Below, piece after piece: positions 44,242 through 54,800 of a stretch of DNA of 64,000 bases (position 1 is the stretch's first letter; each line of letters starts with the position of its first letter). The notes under the pieces were generated by a model. That model made no database searches and was not told the origin of the DNA. It saw nothing but the letters and a program-made list of their open reading frames with translations. Made by a program: the position numbers and the translations under genes. Origin of the DNA: Thermodesulfobacteriota bacterium (GTDB lineage: Bacteria; Desulfobacterota_D; UBA1144; Nemesobacterales; UBA2774); assembly GCA_965216785.1 (NCBI GenBank), contig OZ244197.1:352001-416000 (forward strand). Direction: 5' to 3'.

Positions 44242-44315
44242 CTGCCGGGACCTCATACTATCAGCAGTCCGATCAATATTACCGATTTCATTTTTACTAA
44301 AATTTTAGAGAAATT

Positions 44316-45902
44316 ATGGCACTCACTCCGTTTGAACTTGAAATTTTCCAGAATATCCTAAGCTCTATCGCTGAAGAAATGGGGATGCTATTAATAAGAG
44401 CAGGGTTCTCCCCTAACATAAAAGAGCGGAGAGACCTGTCGTGCGCGATCTTTAATGCCAAGGGAGACATGATAGCGCAGGCCGCACATATACCCATACA
44501 CCTGGGCTCAATGGGGTTTGCCGTAAAGGCTGTACTCGATGAGCCGGATATGCAGCCGGGGGACGTTTATATACTAAACGACCCGTTCAGAGGCGGTACA
44601 CACCTGCCTGACGTAACCTGTATTAAGCCGGTATATTCGAAAGGGAAAATAGTATTTTTCGTAGCAAGCAGGGCACACCACGCCGACATCGGCGGCATCA
44701 CACCGGGTTCGATGCCCGTATCTACCACAGTTGAGGAAGAAGGAATCCTTATCCCACCTTCAAAGCTCTATACAAAAAACAGATTGAACAAAAAGCTGTT
44801 TAATAAGATCCTTAACAGCACGCGCGACCCTGAGGAAAGAGAAGGTGATTTCAACGCGCAAGTAGGCGCTCTTGATCTGGGCGAGAAGAGGCTCACTGAG
44901 ACTATAGGTAAATACTCGCTGAACCACCTGCTTGAGGCAGGAGAGGAGCTTCTTAACTATAGCGAGAAGATAATGAAAGAAGTAATAAGGGCCATCCCGG
45001 ACGGCGTTTACAGTTTTCAGGATGTCATGGATGACGACGGCGCAGGGACCCGGAAAATTCCTTTAAAAGTAAAAATAACTATTAAGGGGAGCCGCGCAGA
45101 GGTGGATTTCAGAGAAAGCTCTCCGCCTGTGAAAGGTAACCTGAACGCCCCTTACAGCGTAACGACCGCAGCGACTATATATGTGTTTCAATGCCTTGCT
45201 CCAAAGGAGCTTCCTCTTAATTCGGGGCCTCTCAGGGTGGTGAAGATTATCGTTGACGATCAATCGATTTTAAACGCCAAGTTTCCAAGAGCGGTCGTGG
45301 GAGGAAACGTCGAAACCTCACAGCGAGTTGTAGATGTAGTGTTCGGCGCGCTTTCAAAAGCCGTGCCCGAGAAGGTGCCCGCGGCAAGCGCTGGATCTAT
45401 GAGTAATATCGCATTTGGGGGAATTAACCCAAGAACCGGACGGATATACGCTTATTATGAAACCATAGCTGGGGGAATGGGGGCGCGTCCAGGGATAGAC
45501 GGGGTGAGCGCTGTTCAGACCCATATGACAAACACACTTAACACGCCGGTTGAAGCGCTGGAGCGGGAGCTTCCGGTGATGATCCGCTCCTATACGATCA
45601 GGAGACGGAGCGGGGGCGCAGGAACGTACAAAGGCGGAGACGCCATTGTGCGCGAGTTTAAATTCCTCAAAAAAGCTACCGTATCTCTTATAACCGAGAG
45701 AAGAAGATTCTCTCCCTACGGCTTAACGGACGGAAAGCACGGGAAAAGAGGAAAGAACAGCTTAATTGTAAGAAATAAAGTAACGAAGCTGCCCCCAAAG
45801 TGCACATTTGAGGTGAAAAAAGGGGATATTATTAGTATTGAAACTCCCGGCGGCGGAGGCTGGGGCGGCAAACCCTGTAAAAACCCAGGACAAAGTGGAT
45901 GA
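44316..45902 (+). CDS. Hydantoinase B/5-oxoprolinase beta-type subunit
   Basis: SPNIKERRDLSCA, IPIHLGSM, NDPFRGGTHLPD, HHADIGG, GNVETSQR, TNTLNTPVE, TPGGGGWG. Confidence 0.93.
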   Translation: MALTPFELEIFQNILSSIAEEMGMLLIRAGFSPNIKERRDLSCAIFNAKGDMIAQAAHIPIHLGSMGFAVKAVLDEPDMQPGDVYILNDPFRGGTHLPDVTCIKPVYSKGKIVFFVASRAHHADIGGITPGSMPVSTTVEEEGILIPPSKLYTKNRLNKKLFNKILNSTRDPEEREGDFNAQVGALDLGEKRLTETIGKYSLNHLLEAGEELLNYSEKIMKEVIRAIPDGVYSFQDVMDDDGAGTRKIPLKVKITIKGSRAEVDFRESSPPVKGNLNAPYSVTTAATIYVFQCLAPKELPLNSGPLRVVKIIVDDQSILNAKFPRAVVGGNVETSQRVVDVVFGALSKAVPEKVPAASAGSMSNIAFGGINPRTGRIYAYYETIAGGMGARPGIDGVSAVQTHMTNTLNTPVEALERELPVMIRSYTIRRRSGGAGTYKGGDAIVREFKFLKKATVSLITERRRFSPYGLTDGKHGKRGKNSLIVRNKVTKLPPKCTFEVKKGDIISIETPGGGGWGGKPCKNPGQSG

Positions 45903-45911
45903 GCTCTACAT

Positions 45912-47138
45912 ATGAAACTGCCTAAACTAAACCCGATAGAAGCATTTCCCGTTGAGTACGAGGGTCAGGAGCTGATATGCCTGAGAGACCCTTATAACGT
46001 AAGCGATAGGATACTTTACGTCTCCCCCGAGACATTATATATTCTGGGGATGTTTGACGGTGAGCATTCGGTAAGTGACGTGCAAAAAGAGATTCAGGAC
46101 AAGTTCGGTCAGCACGTAAACTCAGAGGATATTGAAAGCTTAATAGATCAGATGGACGAAGCTCTATTTCTCGACAGTGAGAAGTTCGCTGATTTTAAGG
46201 CTAATCTCGAATCTAGTTTCAATGACTCGCCGATGCGCGCTCCGAACCATGCCGGGCTCTCCTACCCTGAAGATCCGGGTGAGCTAAGGGAATGGATTGC
46301 GGGTTTCTTAAATAGCGCGGAGGAATCAAAACCCTACGAAGGCGCTCAAAGAAATGTTAAAGGGATTATCTCACCCCATATCGATTTCTCAAGAGGCGGT
46401 AAATCCTATGCGCTGGCGTATAGAGAGCTTTTGCAGGACTCAGGCGCGGACACCTATATAATATTCGGCACGTCCCATTACGCAGAGGTTGATAACCCCT
46501 ATATCTTGACCAGAAAATACTTTGATACTCCCCTTGGGCGCGCGCAAACGGATACGGAGATAGTGGACAGAATTAGCGATAGCTGCCCCTGGGATGTATT
46601 TCAGGGAGAGATATCTCACAGAACCGAGCATTCGATCGAATTCCAGGTGGCGTTTCTGCAGTATTTTTTAAATAAAGAGACAGAATTTAAGATTGTCCCG
46701 ATATTATGTAATTCATTCCATAGACTAATTGAGCAAGGCAAGTCCCCGAATGAGGATGAAAGGATAGAGTTATTCCTTAGCCGCGTAAAAGATATCATAG
46801 CTGAGCTGGGAGACAGGTCGTTTATCATCGCCGGGGCGGACATGGCGCATGTCGGGCCTAAGTTCGGAGACCCTGAAGAGGTAAATGACGGCACATTAAA
46901 CATTATTAAGGAAAGAGATTTGCTTAGCCTAGAGCACTGTGAGAACCTGGACGCGGAAGGGTTTTACCGCTCTGTTGAACAAGAAAAAGACTGGAGGAAA
47001 ATCTGCGGGCTCTCGCCTATCTATTCACTCTTAAGCACAGCAGGCGTTAGCAGTGGAAAGATTCTTGACTATGATCAGGCGCTTGAGCCAGATACGGGGT
47101 CTGTGGTGAGCTTTGCGAGCGCAGCCTTTTATAAATAA
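45912..47138 (+). CDS. AmmeMemoRadiSam system protein B (Memo-like) with an N-terminal PqqD/RRE-like extension
   Basis: HAGLSYP, ISPHID, GTSH, TPLG, H..EHSIEFQ, ADMAHVG, ICG..PI, VVSFAS; N-terminal LGMFDGEHSVSDV...IESLIDQMDEALFL. Confidence 0.85.
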   Translation: MKLPKLNPIEAFPVEYEGQELICLRDPYNVSDRILYVSPETLYILGMFDGEHSVSDVQKEIQDKFGQHVNSEDIESLIDQMDEALFLDSEKFADFKANLESSFNDSPMRAPNHAGLSYPEDPGELREWIAGFLNSAEESKPYEGAQRNVKGIISPHIDFSRGGKSYALAYRELLQDSGADTYIIFGTSHYAEVDNPYILTRKYFDTPLGRAQTDTEIVDRISDSCPWDVFQGEISHRTEHSIEFQVAFLQYFLNKETEFKIVPILCNSFHRLIEQGKSPNEDERIELFLSRVKDIIAELGDRSFIIAGADMAHVGPKFGDPEEVNDGTLNIIKERDLLSLEHCENLDAEGFYRSVEQEKDWRKICGLSPIYSLLSTAGVSSGKILDYDQALEPDTGSVVSFASAAFYK

Positions 47139-47142
47139 CACT

Positions 47143-48096
47143 ATGTCTAAAAAATTCACAATCCTGGACGCGCACGAAGATATAGCCTTTCACCTAAACT
47201 ACTTTAAGAGAAGCTTTGTAAATCCCGAAGTGCCTAGCATGATTACACTCCCTGCTCTCAAAGAGGGAAACGTCAAGCTCGTATTCAACACGATTTTTGT
47301 CCCGCCCAAACAAAAGCCTGACAATACGGTGAAATCCGCCATGGACCAGCTGGCTACTTACGAAAAACTATATAGTGATTACGAACAGGATGTATACCAA
47401 GTTTTGAGACCTGGTGATATTGAGAATCTGGACGAAAATCCGAGGATAGGGTTTCTGACTCTCATGGAAGGTGCCGACCCGATTGAGGAGCCGGACAAGC
47501 TGGGGATGTTCTATGATAGGGGAGTCAGAGTCATCGGGCTTGCCTGGAATGATAAGAACAGCTACGCCTCCGGTAACGACACGGAGGACGGGCTTTCAGA
47601 AATGGGCAGCGAACTGATTATGCGAATGAACGAGCTTGGAGTTACGCTCGATCTGTCGCACCTTAACCAAAGATGCTTCTGGGACTCGATAGAGCTTACA
47701 GAGCTAATACCGATAGCCACTCATTCCAATTCAAGAGCATTGACCGATCATCCGAGAAACTTAAATGACGATCAGCTAAGAGCTATATCAGAGCGCGGAG
47801 GTGTGGTAGGTATAGTTCTGTACAACCTTTTCCTTAAGACTACCGAAAAAGCACCGACACTGGAGGATGTTTACGCCCATGCCGACTACATGATAGGGGT
47901 TATGGGAGAGGACCATGTGGGGATAGGAAGCGATATGGACGGGGCGAGGATCGAGGATTTCCCCGAAGGGCTGAAATCCATAGACAAGCTTCAGAGTATC
48001 GCAGAGTTTTTTATAGCTAAGGGTTATAGCGAGAGCCGAGTAAGAAAAATCATGAGCGAGAACTTTATGAGGGTAATGGAAAAAAACCTCAGATAA
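47143..48096 (+). CDS. Membrane-type (M19) dipeptidase
   Basis: DAHED, MEGAD, LAWN..N, DLSHL, ATHSN, HPRNL.DDQL, IGSDMDG; likely start MSKKF. Confidence 0.9.
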   Translation: MSKKFTILDAHEDIAFHLNYFKRSFVNPEVPSMITLPALKEGNVKLVFNTIFVPPKQKPDNTVKSAMDQLATYEKLYSDYEQDVYQVLRPGDIENLDENPRIGFLTLMEGADPIEEPDKLGMFYDRGVRVIGLAWNDKNSYASGNDTEDGLSEMGSELIMRMNELGVTLDLSHLNQRCFWDSIELTELIPIATHSNSRALTDHPRNLNDDQLRAISERGGVVGIVLYNLFLKTTEKAPTLEDVYAHADYMIGVMGEDHVGIGSDMDGARIEDFPEGLKSIDKLQSIAEFFIAKGYSESRVRKIMSENFMRVMEKNLR

Positions 48097-48112
48097 CAGA
48101 ATGCATATACCT

Positions 48113-48148
48113 TTATGTGATCCTCAACTCTTATGTGATCCTCAACTC
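48113..48148. repeat. Perfect 18-bp direct tandem repeat
   Basis: TTATGTGATCCTCAACTC occurs twice in tandem between convergent genes. Confidence 0.95.
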
Positions 48149-48165
48149 TTTATTCAACAACATAG

Positions 48166-49194
48166 CTATGAGTCATCCATGTTTTCAACGATAACGTCGG
48201 CAAACTCCTGAGTGCCAAGATTTCCGCCCAGGTCGCGCGTAGTCATACCTTGCTCAAGGGCCTTATTATAAGCCTGCTTAATCTTCTGCGCTGAGGCTCT
48301 GAAGTCCTCCCTGCCCTCTGTATCCGAAAGGTGGTTAAGCATCATTACCGCCGACATCAGAAGCGCAAGCGGGTTTGCGATATTCTTACCCGCTATATCG
48401 GGGGCTGAGCCATGAACCGCTTCAAACACAGCTTCCCGCTCGCCGATGTTTGCCCCCGGCACTACGCCCAGGCCGCCGACGAGCCCGGCAGTGAGGTCGC
48501 TGATGAGATCGCCGTATAGGTTCTCAAGCAAGAGCACATCGAAACGGCCAGGGTCCTGAACAAGCTTCATGCACCCCGCGTCGATGATGACCTCTTCGTA
48601 TTCGATATCTTTGTAGTCCTGGCTGACTTCACGGGACTTTCTTATAAAGAGCCCGTCCGTGAGCTTCATAATATTGGCTTTGTGAAATACGCTCACTTTC
48701 CTGCGCCCCCTGTGCCTGGCATATTCAAAAGCCCACTTTGAAATCCTGTAACATGCCTTTTCGGTCGCAACTTTCATGCTCATTACAACACCTGGAGTAA
48801 TGGTATTCTCGACTCCGCTGTAAAGACCCTCGGTGTTCTCTCGTATTACAGCGAGGTCCACCCCTGAAAAACGTGTATTAACGCCGCTGAGATTCCTGAC
48901 CGGTCTGACCGCGGCGTAAAGGTCCAGCACTTTACGGAGCTGAACGTTTACAGAGGTAAAGCCTTCTCCAATGGGGGTCGTGCACGGGCCTTTTAACGCG
49001 ACCTTGTGCTCTTTAATGGCATCAATTGTTTTCTCGGGGAGGACATCCTCATCTTCTTCAAGCGCCCCCAAACCAGCGTTTCTCTCTACCCACTCAATCT
49101 TCGCGCCTGACGCTACTATGACTTTTTTTACCGCGGCTGTGATGTTAGGTCCGATGCCGTCGCCCGGAATAAGCACAATTTTACGTTTTTCCAT
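48166..49194 (-). CDS. Isocitrate/isopropylmalate dehydrogenase family, NAD-IDH-like
   Basis: IPGDGIGP, KGPCTTPIG.GF.SVNV.LR, RENTEGLY, HKANIMK.TDG, NLYGDL.SD, FEAVHGSAPDIAG. Confidence 0.9.
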   Translation of the reverse strand: MEKRKIVLIPGDGIGPNITAAVKKVIVASGAKIEWVERNAGLGALEEDEDVLPEKTIDAIKEHKVALKGPCTTPIGEGFTSVNVQLRKVLDLYAAVRPVRNLSGVNTRFSGVDLAVIRENTEGLYSGVENTITPGVVMSMKVATEKACYRISKWAFEYARHRGRRKVSVFHKANIMKLTDGLFIRKSREVSQDYKDIEYEEVIIDAGCMKLVQDPGRFDVLLLENLYGDLISDLTAGLVGGLGVVPGANIGEREAVFEAVHGSAPDIAGKNIANPLALLMSAVMMLNHLSDTEGREDFRASAQKIKQAYNKALEQGMTTRDLGGNLGTQEFADVIVENMDDS

Positions 49195-49291
49195 AAGGAA
49201 TATTGAACCCAGTGTAATAATAATTGGCAAATGGCGAGCATCGCCGGAATACAGAGTCTCTCATAACTACATAAAGAGAACCCCTAGGGGT

Positions 49292-49975
49292 CTATCCCTT
49301 CTGTATTGCTTTTGCGGTATATAAACTGACCAGCCGCGCTATCAGAACGGCTATGAACAGCTGTCCCGCCAGGGCTTCGAGGACCGATAGAATCCTTCCA
49401 AGAGGGGTTATGGATGTAATATCACCGTATCCCAGGGTGCTTAAGGTGGTGTAGCTGTAATATACGAGCTCATTCGTATTTATATCACCCGTAAGGCCGA
49501 GCCTTTCGGAAACGAATACAGCGCCCGGAGACAGATATTCGATACTTCCGTAGATTGTGACCCAAAGGAGCCCCAAAATTAAATACAAACACACAGCGCC
49601 GTAAAGAGTATCCTGGGTAATATCCTTGGCTTTTAGGATATGGTTAAGGAGGATAGTCGTGACAAAGAAGAAATAAAGGATGCTCGCGAATATACTTTGT
49701 GTGGAGCTTGCGAAAATCCAGTCGGTAAAAACCCAGGGCATTCCCAATATGAGAAGTATTATGATGGTTTTCTTGTTTCTGCCTATTGCATATACCCCAA
49801 GCAAGAATACAACGTTGCTCGCGATATTTATTACATAATAACCGTATTTGACCCCTTCCAGCACCGCAGAGAGTATCAAGAGCAAGATGATCGATACCAT
49901 AAAGTTAAACATTTTATATTTAGTAGAGCTTAGAATTATGTGTACGGAGCCTGAAGACTGCTTGTCCCTATTCAT
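49292..49975 (-). CDS. Potassium channel family protein (Ion_trans_2)
   Basis: Multiple TM helices; selectivity-filter motif YYSYTTLSTLGYGDI. Confidence 0.88.
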   Translation of the reverse strand: MNRDKQSSGSVHIILSSTKYKMFNFMVSIILLLILSAVLEGVKYGYYVINIASNVVFLLGVYAIGRNKKTIIILLILGMPWVFTDWIFASSTQSIFASILYFFFVTTILLNHILKAKDITQDTLYGAVCLYLILGLLWVTIYGSIEYLSPGAVFVSERLGLTGDINTNELVYYSYTTLSTLGYGDITSITPLGRILSVLEALAGQLFIAVLIARLVSLYTAKAIQKG

Positions 49976-50016
49976 TTGTTCCCTCCAAGGTTCATTTGCT
50001 TAAGAAGTAATATGAG

Positions 50017-50025
50017 ATTATAGCA
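50017..50025 (-). promoter_or_regulatory. Extended -10 element upstream of the K+ channel gene
   Basis: Minus strand TGCTATAAT; SD GGAGG before the ATG. Confidence 0.45.
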
Positions 50026-50125
50026 TTTAGAGAGGAAATGTTCATACCGACGGAGTTTGAACTCCGGTATAAGAATCATGGATATTTATAAAGGAATGCT
50101 TTGAAGAAGCTTACATAGCTGTTGA

Positions 50126-50971
50126 CTATCCGTCAGATAGCGTGCATCCTGCCGTATCCACGGTTGCCGTCCCGCTTATGTTTACCGCGCTCCTGCCGCC
50201 GCTTATCGTGCAGTTGTTATTCTGCGGGTCTATGATTACCGTTGAGTTCCCCGCGGCATTAATCCCGAACTGATTTACCGATTCGATCAGCACGCTGTTA
50301 TTTACTGGGTTTGAAGACTCACCTATTTCAACGAAGGACTCATTTAAAGTTATAACTGCGTCTCTATTGGCTCTTAGAATAATCCCCTCGTCGGCTTCAA
50401 TAACGACTGATCCCGAATCCTGGGTGCGCACACCCTCGCGGCAGTCGGTAATGTCGACACTCTTGACTCGTATAGCTGCCGAGCTCGACCCCGTGGAAAT
50501 GATGCAGTCCCCGCCGTTACCATCCATGATGAAATCTATAAGTGATTCATTGAGTGTAAACTGGCTGTCGTTTCGAACAAAAAACGGGTCTTGAAAGACC
50601 TGCCAGCTATCTATTATGATAAGCGTCGGGTTTTGCTGGAGGGTAAATTCCATTACTATAGTGCTGTTGTCGGTGACTCTGATGTTAGCCCTCTCCGCGT
50701 CAAACGTGCTGGATTCGAACCTGAGCGTTACGTTTCCTGTAAAAGAGCGGAACCTGAGAGTAAAATCACCGCTGCTGTCTGTAGTAGTTCTATCGAGCCT
50801 CGAGCTGTCTTCTGTGACTGTGACGGTAAAAGTGCCGAATAGACCGAAATTGGTAATAGACCCGTTAAGTACTATATTCCCGCTTCCGTCTCCTGTGTTA
50901 CAACCAGAAATGATAAAAAAGGAAAGAATCGTGACGAATACACAAAGAGCTGTACTTTTATACATCACCAT
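50126..50971 (-). CDS. Hypothetical lipoprotein, Ig-like domain plus beta-helix-like repeats
   Basis: Lipobox ISGC; TTTDSSGDFTL beta-sandwich; Ser/Gly/Asn/Ile-rich repetitive strands in the C-terminal half. Confidence 0.6.
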   Translation of the reverse strand: MVMYKSTALCVFVTILSFFIISGCNTGDGSGNIVLNGSITNFGLFGTFTVTVTEDSSRLDRTTTDSSGDFTLRFRSFTGNVTLRFESSTFDAERANIRVTDNSTIVMEFTLQQNPTLIIIDSWQVFQDPFFVRNDSQFTLNESLIDFIMDGNGGDCIISTGSSSAAIRVKSVDITDCREGVRTQDSGSVVIEADEGIILRANRDAVITLNESFVEIGESSNPVNNSVLIESVNQFGINAAGNSTVIIDPQNNNCTISGGRSAVNISGTATVDTAGCTLSDG

Positions 50972-51096
50972 ATCCTCCTGCTCGATTTGTATAACACCCT
51001 CTTATCTAACCAGCATAAGTAATAATTTATGGAAAGTAAAGCCGGAAATTACTACAGGAAAATCAGTCTGAAAAGATGAGTTTTGAGACAGGAGGC

Positions 51097-51142
51097 AAAA
51101 AAACCTCCGGGCATCCTCTCTAAATTATGAGAATGCCCGGGG
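51097..51142 (-). terminator. Rho-independent terminator
   Basis: Minus strand CCGGGCATTCTC...GAGGATGCCCGG stem followed by AGGTTTTTTT. Confidence 0.75.
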
Positions 51143-51165
51143 ATTTTATAAGTTTTAAGTAAATG

Positions 51166-51834
51166 CTATCTCTCGCTTTTTCTAACACTCGCGAACTGCC
51201 TTCCGGCCTCCGGGAGCACTTTATCTATATTCTCTTGCGTGGGCTCAAGGTTATTGATCTCGACTATGGCCCTCGCCATTCCTCTGATAATTACCCTGCG
51301 GTCGGCGTTCTCCGCGCTAAAAGCCTGCTGCTGTGAGGACGTGAGGTTGCCAGCTTTTACCAACAGCCCCAGGTTGCCCTCTCTGACCAGCCCGTCATTG
51401 AGCATCGCGTTAATAACATTCTTACGTTTGGCTCTGCTTTTATAGGCGTTAATGACCTCGGGCATGCTTCGAATTTTCTCAGTGATTTGTCCCGAGATAT
51501 TCCCCTGAGCCCAGGCATAGTCGCCAAAATCGAGCGTTACTTTATTTCTAAGTACAATTACTTTTGTCTCCGATTTGAGCGTAGGTTCTTCCTGGTATTT
51601 GATGCTGCTCTCAGGGGCTGGAGTGGGTTTTACAGCTTCTCCGTCCGAAGGCTCGGTGTCTTCAGCAGCATTTGCTTCGTCTTCTAGCAGGAACTCTTCC
51701 TCAAGGCTTGAGTAGGCGTCCCTTACTTCTTCTGCGGGGAAGTACACGTTTACTGTAATAGTCGCGCACGATACGAGGTAAAAACATAACGTGAGAGGTA
51801 AAAAATAAAGCGCTCTAAATATTGAATTTCCCAT
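51166..51834 (-). CDS. Lipoprotein with YnbE-like N-terminus and DUF1318/YdbL-like C-terminus
   Basis: Lipobox LVSC then ITVNVYFP; C-terminal R..R...I......GLVREGNLGLL...AENADRR. Confidence 0.7.
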   Translation of the reverse strand: MGNSIFRALYFLPLTLCFYLVSCATITVNVYFPAEEVRDAYSSLEEEFLLEDEANAAEDTEPSDGEAVKPTPAPESSIKYQEEPTLKSETKVIVLRNKVTLDFGDYAWAQGNISGQITEKIRSMPEVINAYKSRAKRKNVINAMLNDGLVREGNLGLLVKAGNLTSSQQQAFSAENADRRVIIRGMARAIVEINNLEPTQENIDKVLPEAGRQFASVRKSER

Positions 51835-51847
51835 TGATTTGCCTCCT

Positions 51848-54800
51848 TTAATTCGTTTCTATTGTGGGCCCTCCTGTGAGCGCCCTTTTGGCCAGCTCCC
51901 TGATTACAGAGATTAAATGACTTATCGATATAGAGTTCTGTCTGGGATCGGCCTGTATATTCAGGTTTTTGAAACCCAATATTGAGTTTGAAATATTAAA
52001 CTCTTTAAACGTTATAACACCGTCATTAATATAACCAGAAATATCCCCTTTATCATAACCCCTGGATGAGCCGAGTATAAGCCTCTCTCTGGCGCCCAGC
52101 TTATCCAGTAGAGCCTCGCCTACCTTTCTCTGCTCTTTCGGTGAATTGGTTGCCCAGAATTTAAAGGGGCCGTCTATAGTATTTAAATCGCCGCCTTCCC
52201 CAGTGATCCAGGCAAGGCCGTTCACCCTTCCCGTTATGTAGTCTTTTTCGGATGAAATGCTTTTTGATATCGCCTCTAGACTGATCTCGTCGAATAAAAA
52301 AGAAATATTGTAGTTACCGTTTCCCTGAAAATAGTAGATACCGGCTCCGTATAAACCACCTCTATAAATCTTGGATGTGAGTTTTTTCAGGTTTATTTCA
52401 CCTCTGTCCACTTCGAGCTGGCAGTCGATGTCCTCGATTTTAATTATGCCGTAGTTAAGCTCGCCGATTTTCAGATAATCTGAGTCTTGAGATGTGTCAA
52501 AATCCTTTACGGAGCGGAGGAATTTTTTATATATGGATTTATTGAGTTTGAGTTGATCCCCCATGAAAGAGCTAAGAGGGTTTTCGGAATCGGCATCGTC
52601 CTTTATTGTGATAGTACCGTAAACCTCTTTTATTCTAAGCTCGGTACCCGAGAGCTTCCCTGTATATGCCCCGCGGAGAACCCTGAGCCTGCCGCCCCAT
52701 GTTTGGTTAGGATAGAAGAGGTTGTATAACACCAGCTCAAGATCGGCTTGCCCCTGTGTCTTGGCATTTGCCGCAGACTCAGGCAAAAAGGGCCGCAAGA
52801 CATTCATTGCAACCGGTATTTGAATACCCGGTATACTGAGCTCCAGCTGCCTTTCTTCATTAAGTGAATTTGTCATTTTCCCGGTAAATCCTAGCTCCAT
52901 TGAGTCCTTACCCACTATAAACCCCTTTTCTATAAATAAGGTTTCACCCACTGTCTTTGCGTATAGCTCACCTCTATAGGTATAGCTTGTACCGTTATTA
53001 GTAAGACTTATGCCGTTTGCCGTAAGTTTGCCGCTACCCTCGGGCAGAGAGTTTTGAGGCAAAAGTCCCGTAAAATTAAAATTAGTCTTTGCTATATTCG
53101 CGCTCATACCGCCTGTAGAGAGAGAGGCTCCGCTGAGCTCGATGTCGGTGTCGATCTTAACACGGGGCCCTGTGGTATCGACGTCAATCTTGCCGGCAAG
53201 CGCTCCGTTTGAAAACTCGCCTGTAATATTGTCCAGGACAAGACCGGTTTCATTTGGCGTTACCAAGACCTTAAGATCTTGGATTGGCTGAGATAGCACC
53301 TCGAGCTTTGCGGCTTCGACGCGGCCTTCCCAGTCAATTGCACCCGAGTTGGGATCGTTTATTGTGAAGTCGCCCGAGATAGTATTTGAGGTAACTTTTC
53401 CATCAAGACCCGTGAAGATACTTTCCTTAAATTTAGACAGGAACGGGTAGCCGCCCTGATCTCCCATACGGAGCGTCAGGTCGTCCGTCTCGAACCGCCC
53501 GATCGCGCCTACATCGGCTTTAACTTTGCTTAGCTCGATGAAGTTGCCTAGATATTTATAATCCCACTCGACACTCGGGAACTCTATTGCTTTAAATCTG
53601 CCGCCCTGCCCCTTAACGTGGCCTGAAAACCCGTCTCTCCCGCTGTTTTCTATACTGAAGCTTTCGTTAAACTCAGACAGCGAAATGTCTTTGCCGAGAA
53701 CCTCAAAGTTACTTCCTGTAGATGCCATATTGATAGACCAGTCACTTCCAAGGGTAAGTGAAAACGAGAGCTTTTTTACCCTGCCGTTTTTAACTAGATA
53801 ATCTCCGAATGTAAGACTCTCATAACGTAGCCCCTCGTTTTCAATCGTTATAGTGTCTCTATACACTCCTGCGGAAGCCTCGGTCTTATCTTCAGATAGA
53901 AATTTAAATGCGAGATTTTCTACAGACTCTACCTTCGATAGCTTAAACGCTCTGCCTTTACTCAGGCTCAGGATAACGTCCCCAGCTGTAAAGGATATAT
54001 CCGCATCGTAGTCACCTGAGCCGCCGCCGAAATTTGCAGTCGCCGTCAGAGCAGTGCCCTCGATGTCGAATGGAATGACGCTTTTGGGGGTTTCTTTCAA
54101 ATTTAAATTCTGCCCGGTGAGAAGACCTTTGAGCTTAAAGCCGCCGCCGCTTAAGTCAAAACCCATTGATCCCGAGAGCACACCGTCCATAAAGCTCCCT
54201 TTAAGAGATGAAAGAGAGATATCGGTTTTACTCCAGTTTTCGGTTGCGGAAATTTTTACATCCGATGAAATATCTGCTATTGCTCCTGTCTTTACCCAGT
54301 TGAATGTATCCGCCGCGCACTTTCCGGTTGAAATTATAGGGAAGCTATCACCTATTGTGAGAGTCTGGTTAATTCTTAAATTACAGTTGAGCCCGGATAG
54401 TTCAAGATCTTCTTCAGTCTTTTTATAGTTAAGATCACTGGTGAGAACTTCACCTTTTATAGAGAATTTTCCTTTTTTGCCGGAACCGCTGATTGTTACA
54501 TTCTGGGCTGTCGCACTCCCTGAGATCTCATCCTGCTCTAAACTCGGCAGTAAATTCTTGAGCGCGCTCAGGTCTTTAGCTTCGGCGGATCCGTTGATAT
54601 TGATTATCACATCCTCTTCTTTGACATCGGCGCTTCCTGTGAAGCTGCCCTCCATGAGTCCGTTTATGCTCAGATCGAGTTTTTCAAGAGCGGCGGTTTG
54701 TAGAGACGGGTTATATTGCAGATCATAGTCGATCATAAGCGCGGATTCTGCCGAGTCCGCCCTTTTATCCAGGGGGTTTACGCTCATCAGTCCGTATGCA

